Part shown: positions 35,888-44,876 of the stretch, piece by piece
Layout: each line of letters opens with the position of its first letter
Numbering within the stretch: position 1 is the stretch's first letter
Source: Escherichia phage JS98
Sequence record: NC_010105.1
Length of the DNA stretch: 64,000 nt
Direction: 5' to 3' (one strand)
Translations under genes and position numbers: made by a program
The notes under the pieces: model-generated
Told to the model about the DNA's origin: nothing
The model's input: the letters and a program-made list of their open reading frames with translations, nothing else
Database searches by the model: none

Positions 35888-36286
35888 TTATTTCATTTTA
35901 GCGAGGCAGATTTCATTGGCTTCCCATTGAGCTTGCTTAATAATAGCTTTGGATACAGGAACCTTTTGACCATAAGTTTTTGACGTTGAGAGAACAATAT
36001 ATTTGTTTGCCTCATTATGCCAACCTAGTGATTTTTCGCCATGACTACCTTTAACCACAGCTGACACCTCAACAGAGCAACCACCATCAGAAATCTTGGT
36101 TTCTACAATCCATTCATTTCTCTCGGCAGCTTCAATTTCCGATCTCCTTTTTTCTTCATACATGGTGGCCCAATCGGTTTTTGCCAAGTTGAAAGCAAGA
36201 GCTTTCTCTAATTCTTTGGCAGCTTTTTGTTGTTCAGGTGTTAATGAATTATATAACTCTTGCATTTCTTTATCTTCGATATTCAT
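35888..36286 (-). CDS. hypothetical protein (132 aa)
   Basis: Intact ORF. Confidence 0.4.
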   Translation of the reverse strand: MNIEDKEMQELYNSLTPEQQKAAKELEKALAFNLAKTDWATMYEEKRRSEIEAAERNEWIVETKISDGGCSVEVSAVVKGSHGEKSLGWHNEANKYIVLSTSKTYGQKVPVSKAIIKQAQWEANEICLAKMK

Positions 36287-36343
36287 TATGTTCTCCTCAA
36301 ATTACGGGCTCATAATATCTCAATCATGGGCCCATGTAAACAA

Positions 36344-36607
36344 TTATTTCATATTATTGAAATAATCTTCTGCATTAAAATCGTTATCATGGTAAACTTT
36401 GGTAGACGTTTTGGCGTAGCCTTCAGCTGAGAACATATTAATCACAACTTTAATTGTATACCACTGTCCATCTTCGTTACCCATTACTGCATAGGTTTCA
36501 TACACTGGGTGTTCAGGACCGATAACCTTAATATCGTTAACAGTAGCACCAAATTCTTCAGGAACGCATTTCATAAAGAAATTAAACAATTCACCATAAT
36601 TATCCAT
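36344..36607 (-). CDS. hypothetical protein (about 87 aa)
   Basis: Start at MDNYGELF (ATG 36605-36607) after GAAGGAGAG RBS. Confidence 0.4.
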   Translation of the reverse strand: MDNYGELFNFFMKCVPEEFGATVNDIKVIGPEHPVYETYAVMGNEDGQWYTIKVVINMFSAEGYAKTSTKVYHDNDFNAEDYFNNMK

Positions 36608-36633
36608 TTTACTCTCCTTCACACTGTTGTTTT

Positions 36634-36671
36634 GATAGGTCTATAGTATCATGTTTAAAGGAGGTGTAAAC
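36634..36671 (-). promoter_or_regulatory. conserved early-promoter cassette (PeSL-like)
   Basis: Minus-strand GTTTACACCTCCTTTAAACATGATACTATAGACCTATCAAAACAACAG. Confidence 0.5.
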
Positions 36672-36706
36672 AACTTTGTGAAATTATTTTTAGTTTAAAC
36701 CCCCTA

Positions 36707-36728
36707 AAAGGAGACCAAAGTCTCCTTT
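36707..36728 (-). terminator. rho-independent terminator (AAAGGAGAC-CAAA-GTCTCCTTT palindrome)
   Basis: Hairpin immediately after stop of 36731-37348, followed by TTTAGGGGG on minus strand. Confidence 0.5.
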
Positions 36729-36730
36729 CA

Positions 36731-37348
36731 TTATTTACGGGTCTTTTCGAACTGTGCTGCGTCACCTGCAAGGCGGCGGGCTTGACGAAGTTTGTTATCA
36801 ATTTCTTCGTGCATAGGCTGGGTATACTTAAGGCCTTCAACCGTCAGGTAAAGACGATAGAGGTCCGGGGTATCTAGGTTGTTAATGTGCTGCCCATTAC
36901 GAAGGGCGTTGAATTCTCGAACGAGTTGTTTAGTTTCGGATTCGATTTCAGAAACCAAAGAAGCCAGCTGGTTATATTTTTTAACAATAGTGCTGGTGTC
37001 GAACTTGATTTTAGGTTTAGGAGCTTCTTTTACAGGCTCTGCTTTAGGTGTAGGTTTCGGCGCTGCAACTTTGGTCTGAGCCGCGGGTTTAGAAACAGGA
37101 GCTTTAGCTGGTTTAGCAGGCTTAGTAGAGCCACCGGCTACGATATCTTTAAAAGCTTTGGAAGCTTTGTAATATTCTTTCTGGCTACTAGTATCAAAAC
37201 CATACATATCATAAACGTTTTTAAAGAACTCGGTAGTGGTTTTAGTCCCGGAAATTTTATCATAAGCAGCTTGCCACATATCTTTAGTCATGCGCACGCC
37301 GGCTTCATTCAGAACGCTTTCGTTCAAAAATTCATTGTAAGTTTTCAT
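36731..37348 (-). CDS. internal-protein-like protein (205 aa) with Ala/Pro/Lys-rich linker
   Basis: MKTYNEFLNES capsid-targeting leader; KPAKPAKAPVSKPAAQTK low-complexity segment. Confidence 0.55.
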   Translation of the reverse strand: MKTYNEFLNESVLNEAGVRMTKDMWQAAYDKISGTKTTTEFFKNVYDMYGFDTSSQKEYYKASKAFKDIVAGGSTKPAKPAKAPVSKPAAQTKVAAPKPTPKAEPVKEAPKPKIKFDTSTIVKKYNQLASLVSEIESETKQLVREFNALRNGQHINNLDTPDLYRLYLTVEGLKYTQPMHEEIDNKLRQARRLAGDAAQFEKTRK

Positions 37349-37376
37349 TATTGTTTCCTGTGTTAATTAACTTATC

Positions 37377-37384
37377 TATTTATA
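37377..37384 (-). promoter_or_regulatory. late promoter TATAAATA
   Basis: Minus-strand TATAAATAG about 30 nt upstream of the 36731-37348 ATG. Confidence 0.55.
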
Positions 37385-37385
37385 C

Positions 37386-37412
37386 AAAAAGGCCCAACCT
37401 TTCGGAAGGGCC
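37386..37412 (-). terminator. rho-independent terminator (GGCCC...GGGCC stem followed by T-run)
   Basis: Minus-strand GGCCCTTCCGAAAGGTTGGGCCTTTTTGTATA right after stop of 37418-37972. Confidence 0.6.
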
Positions 37413-37417
37413 GTAAA

Positions 37418-37972
37418 TCAGTTCTTGTAGAACCGGAACGGGTTCACGTGGAAGGCCAACATAGCTTTAGGGATTTTACGAGACAAAAGACTCTTAAGCT
37501 TCCAGCCACAGTACACGCGAAGGTAAAATGTGATTCCGCCGACCTTAAGATAAGGAACTGAAGCAAATACACCCCAGGCGTCATCATTCCACATCCACAA
37601 CCAACCATGGTGAGCTTTATCAGGAGAACCTGATTCTACGTCAGGATTACCACGATAATGGAATTCCGAGCTACAATCACGGCCTAGTTTATGATAAGCA
37701 AAGTTATAAGCTTTATTTCGCCATAGCCAAGCTACTCTCTGGAGATAAACACCACCAGGCATTTTCCTGATTTTAGCCCAACGTTTAATATGACCTTTAT
37801 CGCCGTCAATTGGATTATCGTATGTCATCATCCAATCAAAACCGTATGGCAATTTACCAGTCTTTTTATTATGAAAAGGAACCACAAAAGGCGCAAGGAT
37901 AACGGCTAGAACCATAGAGATAAAATCTAGTGGGACCAACAGAATCCAACTCAAATATTTTAAAAGTTTCAT
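37418..37972 (-). CDS. membrane-anchored Trp-rich protein (184 aa; N-terminal TM helix)
   Basis: N-terminal LKYLSWILLVPLDFISMVLAVILAPFVV; bracketed by two copies of the same promoter/terminator repeat. Confidence 0.5.
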   Translation of the reverse strand: MKLLKYLSWILLVPLDFISMVLAVILAPFVVPFHNKKTGKLPYGFDWMMTYDNPIDGDKGHIKRWAKIRKMPGGVYLQRVAWLWRNKAYNFAYHKLGRDCSSEFHYRGNPDVESGSPDKAHHGWLWMWNDDAWGVFASVPYLKVGGITFYLRVYCGWKLKSLLSRKIPKAMLAFHVNPFRFYKN

Positions 37973-37998
37973 ATTATTTCCTAAGTTAGTTTACTGTA

Positions 37999-38006
37999 TA
38001 TTTATA
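37999..38006 (-). promoter_or_regulatory. late promoter TATAAATA
   Basis: Minus-strand TATAAATATACAGTAAACTAACTTAGGAAATAATATG upstream of 37418-37972. Confidence 0.55.
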
Positions 38007-38035
38007 CAAAAAAGGCCCAACCTTTCGGAAGGGCC
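38007..38035 (-). terminator. rho-independent terminator closing the tRNA/small-RNA transcription unit
   Basis: Same GGCCCTTCCGAAAGGTTGGGCC hairpin plus T-run as at 37386-37412. Confidence 0.6.
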
Positions 38036-38040
38036 TTTAA

Positions 38041-38205
38041 CCTAGGGTAACCTTGTCGGGGTTCCACCTGCTAGGCAAGTGTTCTGTGCGCCGTTTCAGC
38101 TGTGAGATAAGGGACTTTAAGAGGAACTCATGTACTCCTTAAAGTCGGGTCTTATTCAGGGAACTTCAGTCCGACGACTTACCGGTAGCGACCCGGTTTC
38201 TTGTT
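38041..38205 (-). ncRNA. candidate structured small RNA downstream of the tRNA cluster
   Basis: Non-coding interval between tRNA-Arg and the terminator with a 9-bp inverted repeat (GACTTTAAG...CTTAAAGTC); no cloverleaf found. Confidence 0.25.
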
Positions 38206-38281
38206 TGGTCGAGACAGTAGGGATCGAACCTACGACCTACGGTTTAGAAGACCGTTGCTCTTCCTTCTGAGCTATGCCTCG
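38206..38281 (-). tRNA. tRNA-Arg (anticodon UCU)
   Basis: Hand-folded cloverleaf: acceptor CGAGGCA/TGTCTCG, D-arm GCTC..GAGC, anticodon loop CTTCTAA, T-arm GTAGG-TTCGATC-CCTAC, encoded CCA. Confidence 0.7.
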
Positions 38282-38285
38282 TATT

Positions 38286-38360
38286 TGGCGGACATGCATG
38301 GATTCGAACCATGGACCAATTGATTAACAGTCAACTGCTCTACCGCTGAGCTACACATCC
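38286..38360 (-). tRNA. tRNA-Asn (anticodon GUU)
   Basis: Hand-folded: acceptor GGATGTG/CATGTCC (two G-U pairs), D-arm GCTC..GAGC, anticodon loop CTGTTAA, T-arm CATGG-TTCGAAT-CCATG, encoded CCA. Confidence 0.65.
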
Positions 38361-38364
38361 AAAT

Positions 38365-38438
38365 TGGTGGCCCTGGGTGGAATCGAACCACCATCCAGCG
38401 ATTATGAGTCGCTCGCTTGACCGTCCAGCTACAGGGCC
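38365..38438 (-). tRNA. tRNA with CAU anticodon (Ile-lysidine type or Met)
   Basis: Hand-folded: acceptor GGCCCTG/CAGGGCC, anticodon stem AGCGA/TCGCT with loop CTCATAA, T-arm GGTGG-TTCGATT-CCACC, encoded CCA; short D-stem. Confidence 0.6.
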
Positions 38439-38443
38439 TTAAT

Positions 38444-38716
38444 TTAAATTACAAATCCAGCAGGAGCATTATCGTCTTTAGCCATGTGCTGAATTGTATG
38501 ATAAGTCATTTCTTCAGGAGCAACCAGATAAGCCGCAGCATTAACTAGTGGAATTATTTTTGGTTTAGCGAATGTGCTATCGGCAATTGCCATAAAGGGC
38601 TCGCCGTCGGTCTCAACTTCGCCAAATTGGCATTCATATGAAATAGAACAACGTTTAGTAGTTGTTGTCTTGGTTTCTGGGTCATAAAAAGCTAATTTTA
38701 ATACTAACATAAACAC
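38444..38716 (-). CDS. hypothetical protein (90 aa)
   Basis: Intact ORF just upstream of tRNAs. Confidence 0.4.
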   Translation of the reverse strand: MFMLVLKLAFYDPETKTTTTKRCSISYECQFGEVETDGEPFMAIADSTFAKPKIIPLVNAAAYLVAPEEMTYHTIQHMAKDDNAPAGFVI

Positions 38717-38839
38717 CTCAAATAAAATTAAGTAAAGTAAGTTTGATTAATAGACCTTGTCTATTATGAAAGGCTCTTTGAGGGAAGAACCTTTGGTAAT
38801 AGAGGGTATTAATGATAGAGTAATAATATCACATAATTC

Positions 38840-39325
38840 TTAAAGCATATCAAGTGCTTTCACATCAGGGATTTTAATTTCTTCTTCAATAATATACAGC
38901 TTAACGTAAGAAATTACACGGATGAAATCACCATCATATTCACAAGCCATACCAAGGAGCTCAGTAAGGGCTTCATTCAAGTAGTATTCTTCTTCGTCAT
39001 CGTTCAGCAAGGCTTCTAAGTCTTGGATACCGAGGACTTTATCTAAAAATTCAGGAGTCAATTGGCCTGATTTTACACCAGATTCAATGTGGGCAATAAC
39101 CAGATGCTTAACTACGTCCCATTCCGAATTACCACATTTATCCGGGTTGTTGCAATGAGAACCATGGAAAAGTTCTAGGATATATTTGTACTGTTGGATT
39201 TCATGTTCTTCTACGCCAAATACAGTCTGGGTTTTATAGTTATCGCCATCATTTTCCCAGGTTTCAATTTCAATTGCATAACCTTTAGGGATAATTTGTC
39301 CGAATTTAATATTCATTGTGGCCAC
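38840..39325 (-). CDS. hypothetical acidic protein (161 aa)
   Basis: Intact ORF. Confidence 0.45.
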   Translation of the reverse strand: MATMNIKFGQIIPKGYAIEIETWENDGDNYKTQTVFGVEEHEIQQYKYILELFHGSHCNNPDKCGNSEWDVVKHLVIAHIESGVKSGQLTPEFLDKVLGIQDLEALLNDDEEEYYLNEALTELLGMACEYDGDFIRVISYVKLYIIEEEIKIPDVKALDML

Positions 39326-39603
39326 ATATTAATGTAATCAAGTTTAATAGAAGCAATTTTCAAAGGATTTTTAAAGATGTCATATTCGACCAACCCATTT
39401 TCATTTGCCGTATAAAAAGTAAAGTTAACAGAATTATAGCGTTGGCTGTTAACTTTGAGTTTAACATCGCTTGAACTACGGCCAATATTAACCTGTTGAA
39501 CATCAAGCACAGCATCTTTGCCGTAATTTCGAATCAACAACTCAGCTGCAACCTGATCGGATTTATAGCCATTCTCTGGATTAGTAACCTTAACGTATAA
39601 CAT
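39313..39603 (-). CDS. hypothetical protein (96 aa)
   Basis: Intact ORF. Confidence 0.4.
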   Translation of the reverse strand: MLYVKVTNPENGYKSDQVAAELLIRNYGKDAVLDVQQVNIGRSSSDVKLKVNSQRYNSVNFTFYTANENGLVEYDIFKNPLKIASIKLDYINMWPQ

Positions 39604-40005
39604 TTAACCCTCGTCTACAATAGTGTGGGTATTGGCATTAACAATCTGCCACCAGCCAAAACGATTAGAACCGTAAAGAGGCTTATTCTCGTTTTCTTTA
39701 ATGATATCGCGCAGTTCATCTTCAGAGAAGGCTTTAGCGATTAAATCAGTATACCCACCGCGTGGATAATAATTATCACCCGCAAACAAAAGGAAATTTA
39801 CCTTTCCGGAAGGAACATATGCTTCCTTAGGATACTTGTTTCCTGCGTGGTCGACAACTTCAATATAACGGTAAGGAATATCAGTACTTTCAACCCATTG
39901 CCATGCTGCTGCAGGGGATTCAAAAGCATCAACACCTAAACGATTATCTTCATCTTTAGACGGATTATTTTCGTAATCCGCATATACATAATATTCAACG
40001 TTCAT
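39604..40005 (-). CDS. hypothetical protein (133 aa)
   Basis: Intact ORF. Confidence 0.45.
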   Translation of the reverse strand: MNVEYYVYADYENNPSKDEDNRLGVDAFESPAAAWQWVESTDIPYRYIEVVDHAGNKYPKEAYVPSGKVNFLLFAGDNYYPRGGYTDLIAKAFSEDELRDIIKENENKPLYGSNRFGWWQIVNANTHTIVDEG

Positions 40006-40202
40006 TATTCACCTTTAGAGATTTTATCCATAACGAAAGAGATTGAACCAATTAAGAATGCCACTACTAAAGAGATTGTATTCTCGGAAGTTGTAAGCAA
40101 ATCCAACATGAATCCTGCAAACATACTAAAGCCAAAAGCAGTAACGGCGGTCAGTGCAGTAACATTTCTAATTAATTCACAACGTTTCATTTTATTCTCC
40201 AA
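40005..40202 (-). CDS. small membrane protein (65 aa)
   Basis: TM-like VTALTAVTAFGFSMFAGFML and LVVAFLIGSISFV. Confidence 0.4.
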   Translation of the reverse strand: MENKMKRCELIRNVTALTAVTAFGFSMFAGFMLDLLTTSENTISLVVAFLIGSISFVMDKISKGE

Positions 40203-40217
40203 TCACTCATTTGTTTT

Positions 40218-40257
40218 GATAGGGCTATAGTATCATCAACTAAAGCCCGTTGTAAAC
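40218..40257 (-). promoter_or_regulatory. conserved early-promoter cassette (PeSL-like, GGGCT variant)
   Basis: Minus-strand TTGTTTACAACGGGCTTTAGTTGATGATACTATAGCCCTATCAAAACAAATG. Confidence 0.5.
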
Positions 40258-40259
40258 AA

Positions 40260-40553
40260 TTATTTTGTAATTTCTTTGATTTTAGAAACTACTTTATCTT
40301 TGGTAAGACCGGAAAAAGTCTTATATTTTGTAAAGTGGATATCATCACCAAGATTAATATAATATTTCTTTTTAACCGTATTGAATGCTATACTAACAGG
40401 TTTACCATTTACTGTAATAGTAATTTGCTGAGCCTTATCAACATCACCTGAGCCAAAGGCTCTTTTAATATCGCTACTAATATCGGCCATAGCCGCTTTG
40501 TTAATGGAATACAAATCTGTCGATTCTTTGATAAATTCTTGATAAGTTTTCAT
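40260..40553 (-). CDS. ipI: internal protein I-like
   Basis: MKTYQEFIKES capsid-targeting leader, 97 aa, located next to 57B as ipI is in T4. Confidence 0.55.
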   Translation of the reverse strand: MKTYQEFIKESTDLYSINKAAMADISSDIKRAFGSGDVDKAQQITITVNGKPVSIAFNTVKKKYYINLGDDIHFTKYKTFSGLTKDKVVSKIKEITK

Positions 40554-40583
40554 TTTTTGTTTCCGTTAGGTTGGGTTTGTTTT

Positions 40584-40621
40584 GATAGGGCTATAGTATC
40601 ATGCCTATAGACCTTGTAAAC
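40584..40621 (-). promoter_or_regulatory. conserved early-promoter cassette (PeSL-like)
   Basis: Minus-strand GTTTACAAGGTCTATAGGCATGATACTATAGCCCTATCAAAACAAACCC. Confidence 0.5.
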
Positions 40622-40632
40622 ATCTTTTTAAA

Positions 40633-41516
<884 letters not shown>

Positions 41517-41524
<8 letters not shown>

Positions 41525-42278
41525 TTTTATTTCCTAATAATTTATCAATAGTAGTGTATAGTTCAGAAAGAGTGCCGTTATTTTCAACAACAACGTCACC
41601 AGGTAAAATTGGTAGACCCGCTTCAGTGATGTGCGAGTCTTGTACTTGACCGGTTTCAGCGCGAACTACATGAATAATCGTAGCACCCATCGCTCTGAGC
41701 GAATCAATTTCATGTGTTTGACGAACATCAGGTACGACATAGTATTTCGCATCAGAGTATATTTTATCAAAATAGTCTAAAGCGAACAACTTAACCCAAT
41801 ACATCTTATCAAATTGGTTAACAATAATATCAGTCCCAAGGGTCTGCATGAGACGACGTACTGACCAATTGTTATTTTTATTTATTACTTCAAATAGCTG
41901 GTCTTTTGTTTCTTCAGACAGATACTGGACCGGGGTAAGACCATAATGATATGCGGTAAGAACATCAATTCCTGGAATAGGAAGGATATTATTCAGTTTA
42001 ACAATAGCATGTTCAAAAATATCAACCACATCATATGGTTTTAAAGGAAGGATTTCTTCACGGTCGTAACCGATACCTTCAAAACAGTTAAAATCAAGTT
42101 TAGGCATATAACTACGGTCGAATACAGGGTCATCAGATATGTATTCATAAGCTTCAGCCAGATACTTTTTAATAGGACCAGCGAGTTGGAATTTTACGGA
42201 ATCCATATTCTCAATTACATAGTTAGCAACGGTATCCTTACCGCTACGTTTGATTCCTACAATTGATATTAGTTTCAT
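41517..42278 (-). CDS. 1: deoxynucleoside monophosphate kinase gp1
   Basis: P-loop GIKRSGKDT, WSVRRLMQ.LGTD, MYWVKLFALDY, RAMGAT.IHVVR colinear with T4 gp1. Confidence 0.9.
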
Positions 42279-42868
42279 TATTTTCTCATAGATGGATGCA
42301 TAGACATACGAGCCACACGTTGTTCGGCATACGAATCAATTTGTGGACGACCTGTAACTATTGTACCATCTATTTCTACAGCAAACGATTTGAAGTTGAA
42401 TGTTGCTGTAGCGATTATCGCAGGGTCGGAATCTTCTTTATAAGAGTACTGAATCTCGGAAAGGTCGGATGGCCAACCGCCGTAGTAATGAATGCTCATT
42501 ACGATTTTCTGTTTGTTGTTATCAAGAATGTGGAGGGTGATAGCCTCAGGCTGGCCTTTAGGATGCCAGGCTTCTGAATCATGGGTTACATAGTTGTTTA
42601 ATGACAGCATCCACTTATAAACGTCAAGCCATGATTTCAATTCACGGTCTACAAGAAAGTTCACAATCAACGGGTCGAATTCTACTGTAGAACCTGGCAT
42701 CTTAGCACGGTGTATGCCCTGGGTCGATCCTGGGACGTCTGAGACCGGAATATGGATACCAGGTAGTGTTACATCTTGCACGTTTAATTTGAATGCCTGC
42801 GTCATTCCTGCGTCACTAACCTCTAAGATAAAGTTGGTAGTGTTAGTTTGGTTAAATAAACCGTTCAT
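42278..42868 (-). CDS. 3: tail completion / sheath stabiliser gp3
   Basis: Position between genes 1 and 2; start set at MNGLFNQT (ATG 42866-42868). Confidence 0.65.
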   Translation of the reverse strand: MNGLFNQTNTTNFILEVSDAGMTQAFKLNVQDVTLPGIHIPVSDVPGSTQGIHRAKMPGSTVEFDPLIVNFLVDRELKSWLDVYKWMLSLNNYVTHDSEAWHPKGQPEAITLHILDNNKQKIVMSIHYYGGWPSDLSEIQYSYKEDSDPAIIATATFNFKSFAVEIDGTIVTGRPQIDSYAEQRVARMSMHPSMRK

Positions 42869-42953
42869 ATGATTCCTATATTGCTTAAGTCCTAGCCAGT
42901 GTATAATGGTCCTAGGTCTGTTCCATTCAATAACTGGCTGGGATAATAGATTA

Positions 42954-43781
42954 TTATGCGTTCTTCCATACTTTCTGAGCTGAGTAACGCTTACCTTTAG
43001 ATACAAATTGCTGAAGCGGAAGCATGACTACATTAGCCCAATCAGAAGGTTTTATCTCTACTAAAGGACCCTTGATATTTCCAGGGATATAAGCCTTAAT
43101 CATCACGTCAGCGCCAGCGAATCCTTTTACCTTACTCCAATCGATTTTTAATTTAGTCGAGTTCGTAATGGTAGGCGTACTCGCGTATTGCTTCAGCAAT
43201 TCTTCTAGAAATTGCTGGCGTGCTTTAGGCGGAATATAGTGTAAGTTCAACCCGTACATCAGATTATGCTTACCAAGCCCAAGATAAATGATTAAAGGAT
43301 ATTTGTCCCAGTAGGGTAATGTGTCCTTGTGTTTAGCATCATAGATATAAGCATAAAGCTTACCAGGAGATGGTTTAGATACCTGGTGTCCACGAATTCC
43401 TTTCTTTAATGTTTCTGTAAACCATTTAGCTGATTTATTGTTTACAGCAGCGCCTTCGTTAGCAATCTTATCACGAATACTCTTTCTAAAACTATTCACC
43501 AAAATTAATTGACGCTCAGCTTTGGTTAATTTATTGCCAGGTTTCTTCTGGAGTTTTTCGACCTGTACAGCAGTTTTAATTCGACTCGAGTATCGAGACA
43601 TCGCAGATGTAAAGCTAGAATACTTAATGCCTTTATCTTCAGCGAATTTCTTAGCCGAGACGCCTTTGGCCTTAGCTTTGGCATATTCAACACCTAAAGC
43701 TATCCATTGTTGCTCTGAACGAGTAGGCTTAGAACCTTTTGTGGTTTCAGTGGCCTCATTGATGTAGGAAAATATACTCAT
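42954..43781 (-). CDS. 2: DNA end protector gp2
   Basis: About 275 aa basic protein at the gene 2 position; ATGA overlap with gene 4 stop. Confidence 0.65.
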   Translation of the reverse strand: MSIFSYINEATETTKGSKPTRSEQQWIALGVEYAKAKAKGVSAKKFAEDKGIKYSSFTSAMSRYSSRIKTAVQVEKLQKKPGNKLTKAERQLILVNSFRKSIRDKIANEGAAVNNKSAKWFTETLKKGIRGHQVSKPSPGKLYAYIYDAKHKDTLPYWDKYPLIIYLGLGKHNLMYGLNLHYIPPKARQQFLEELLKQYASTPTITNSTKLKIDWSKVKGFAGADVMIKAYIPGNIKGPLVEIKPSDWANVVMLPLQQFVSKGKRYSAQKVWKNA

Positions 43782-44227
43782 CCTTTCCATCCTAATTTTT
43801 TCAGTGAGTTTTCAGTTATCAATCTAAAATTGATTCCCATTTTATCTGCTGTAGCTTTAGCAGCTTTCCATTTATCTTTATTTACACTCCATGTATAATG
43901 TTCGTTGATATATCTCTTTTTAGCGGCTGTAGTCATTTTAGCAGGAGCCGCTGGAGGATGGGTTTCTTTAAAAGGTTTGACTTCAAAAAAGAATTGTTGG
44001 CCGTTATCAAACTTAACCCAGAAGTCCATAAAATATCGACGTTTCTTTCCATCAGCATTACTAAAATACGGAATAACTACCTCTTCAGAGTTCCATTGGA
44101 CTACGTTAGGATGATTGTCAAGCCAACGCATGAGCCATGCTTCCCATGAGGAACGATATTGGATTTTCTTCCAGTCACCTTTATATTTTTGTAAGTTGGT
44201 AGGTTTAAATTTCCCTGAGTAAGCCAT
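43778..44227 (-). CDS. 4: head completion protein gp4
   Basis: 149 aa at the gene 4 position, divergent from gene 53. Confidence 0.65.
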   Translation of the reverse strand: MAYSGKFKPTNLQKYKGDWKKIQYRSSWEAWLMRWLDNHPNVVQWNSEEVVIPYFSNADGKKRRYFMDFWVKFDNGQQFFFEVKPFKETHPPAAPAKMTTAAKKRYINEHYTWSVNKDKWKAAKATADKMGINFRLITENSLKKLGWKG

Positions 44228-44238
44228 AGTTGCCTCCT

Positions 44239-44246
44239 TATAAATA
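44239..44246 (+). promoter_or_regulatory. late promoter TATAAATA for gene 53
   Basis: TATAAATA about 28 nt upstream of gene 53 ATG. Confidence 0.6.
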
Positions 44247-44253
44247 TTAATAT

Positions 44254-44261
44254 TATTTATA
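44254..44261 (-). promoter_or_regulatory. late promoter TATAAATA for gene 4 (divergent)
   Basis: Minus-strand TATAAATA about 27 nt upstream of gene 4 ATG. Confidence 0.55.
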
Positions 44262-44273
44262 CTCGGAGGCCCT

Positions 44274-44876
44274 ATGCTCTTCTCATTTTTCGATCCTATC
44301 GATTACGAATCAAAAACAGTCAAGCCAGATTCCGGCTCATTAACAAATGCCGATGTATTGAGCGTGCCGATGACTGATATATTTAGAAATTATAAAGAAT
44401 ACTTTGATAGAGTGGCTAAAAATTATACACTAAAAACTTATTATATCAATGGAGCCCCGCGTCCGGAAGAATTAGCCCATCTTCTTTATGGCAATGTCCA
44501 ATTATATTGGGTTCTACTGATGTGTAATAATATATACGACCCGTATTATGGATGGATTACCGGCCAAGAAGCCGCCTACCAAGCAGCCATCCAAAGATAT
44601 TCTACTGCTGGTGGAAACCAGGTCCTTTACCATGTAAACGAAAAAGGCGAGAAATTCTGGAATCTTGTCAACACACCGGAAAATCCGTATACTTGGTATG
44701 ATAAAGGCGATACAGAAAAACGCTATCCTCAATACGAAGGCCCATTGGCCGCAGTAGATATTTACGAGGATGCTATTCGCAAAAATGAATATAAGCGCGA
44801 AATAAAAATTATAGACCCTAATGATATTGAGTCTTTTATTTCTGCTCTTATTCGTGAAATGGAGAAAGCCCTCTAA
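44274..44876 (+). CDS. 53: baseplate wedge protein gp53
   Basis: 200 aa, first late gene, immediately followed by gene 5. Confidence 0.8.
   Translation: MLFSFFDPIDYESKTVKPDSGSLTNADVLSVPMTDIFRNYKEYFDRVAKNYTLKTYYINGAPRPEELAHLLYGNVQLYWVLLMCNNIYDPYYGWITGQEAAYQAAIQRYSTAGGNQVLYHVNEKGEKFWNLVNTPENPYTWYDKGDTEKRYPQYEGPLAAVDIYEDAIRKNEYKREIKIIDPNDIESFISALIREMEKAL

Noticed and set aside
36655-36840. 61-aa ORF overlapping the terminator and 3' end of the 36731-37348 gene
   Set aside because: Spans a terminator hairpin and overlaps a better-supported gene out of frame.
38041-38205. Possible fourth tRNA downstream of tRNA-Arg
   Set aside because: No T-arm (GTTCRANYC) or acceptor/anticodon stem arrangement could be folded by hand; kept only as a low-confidence structured RNA.
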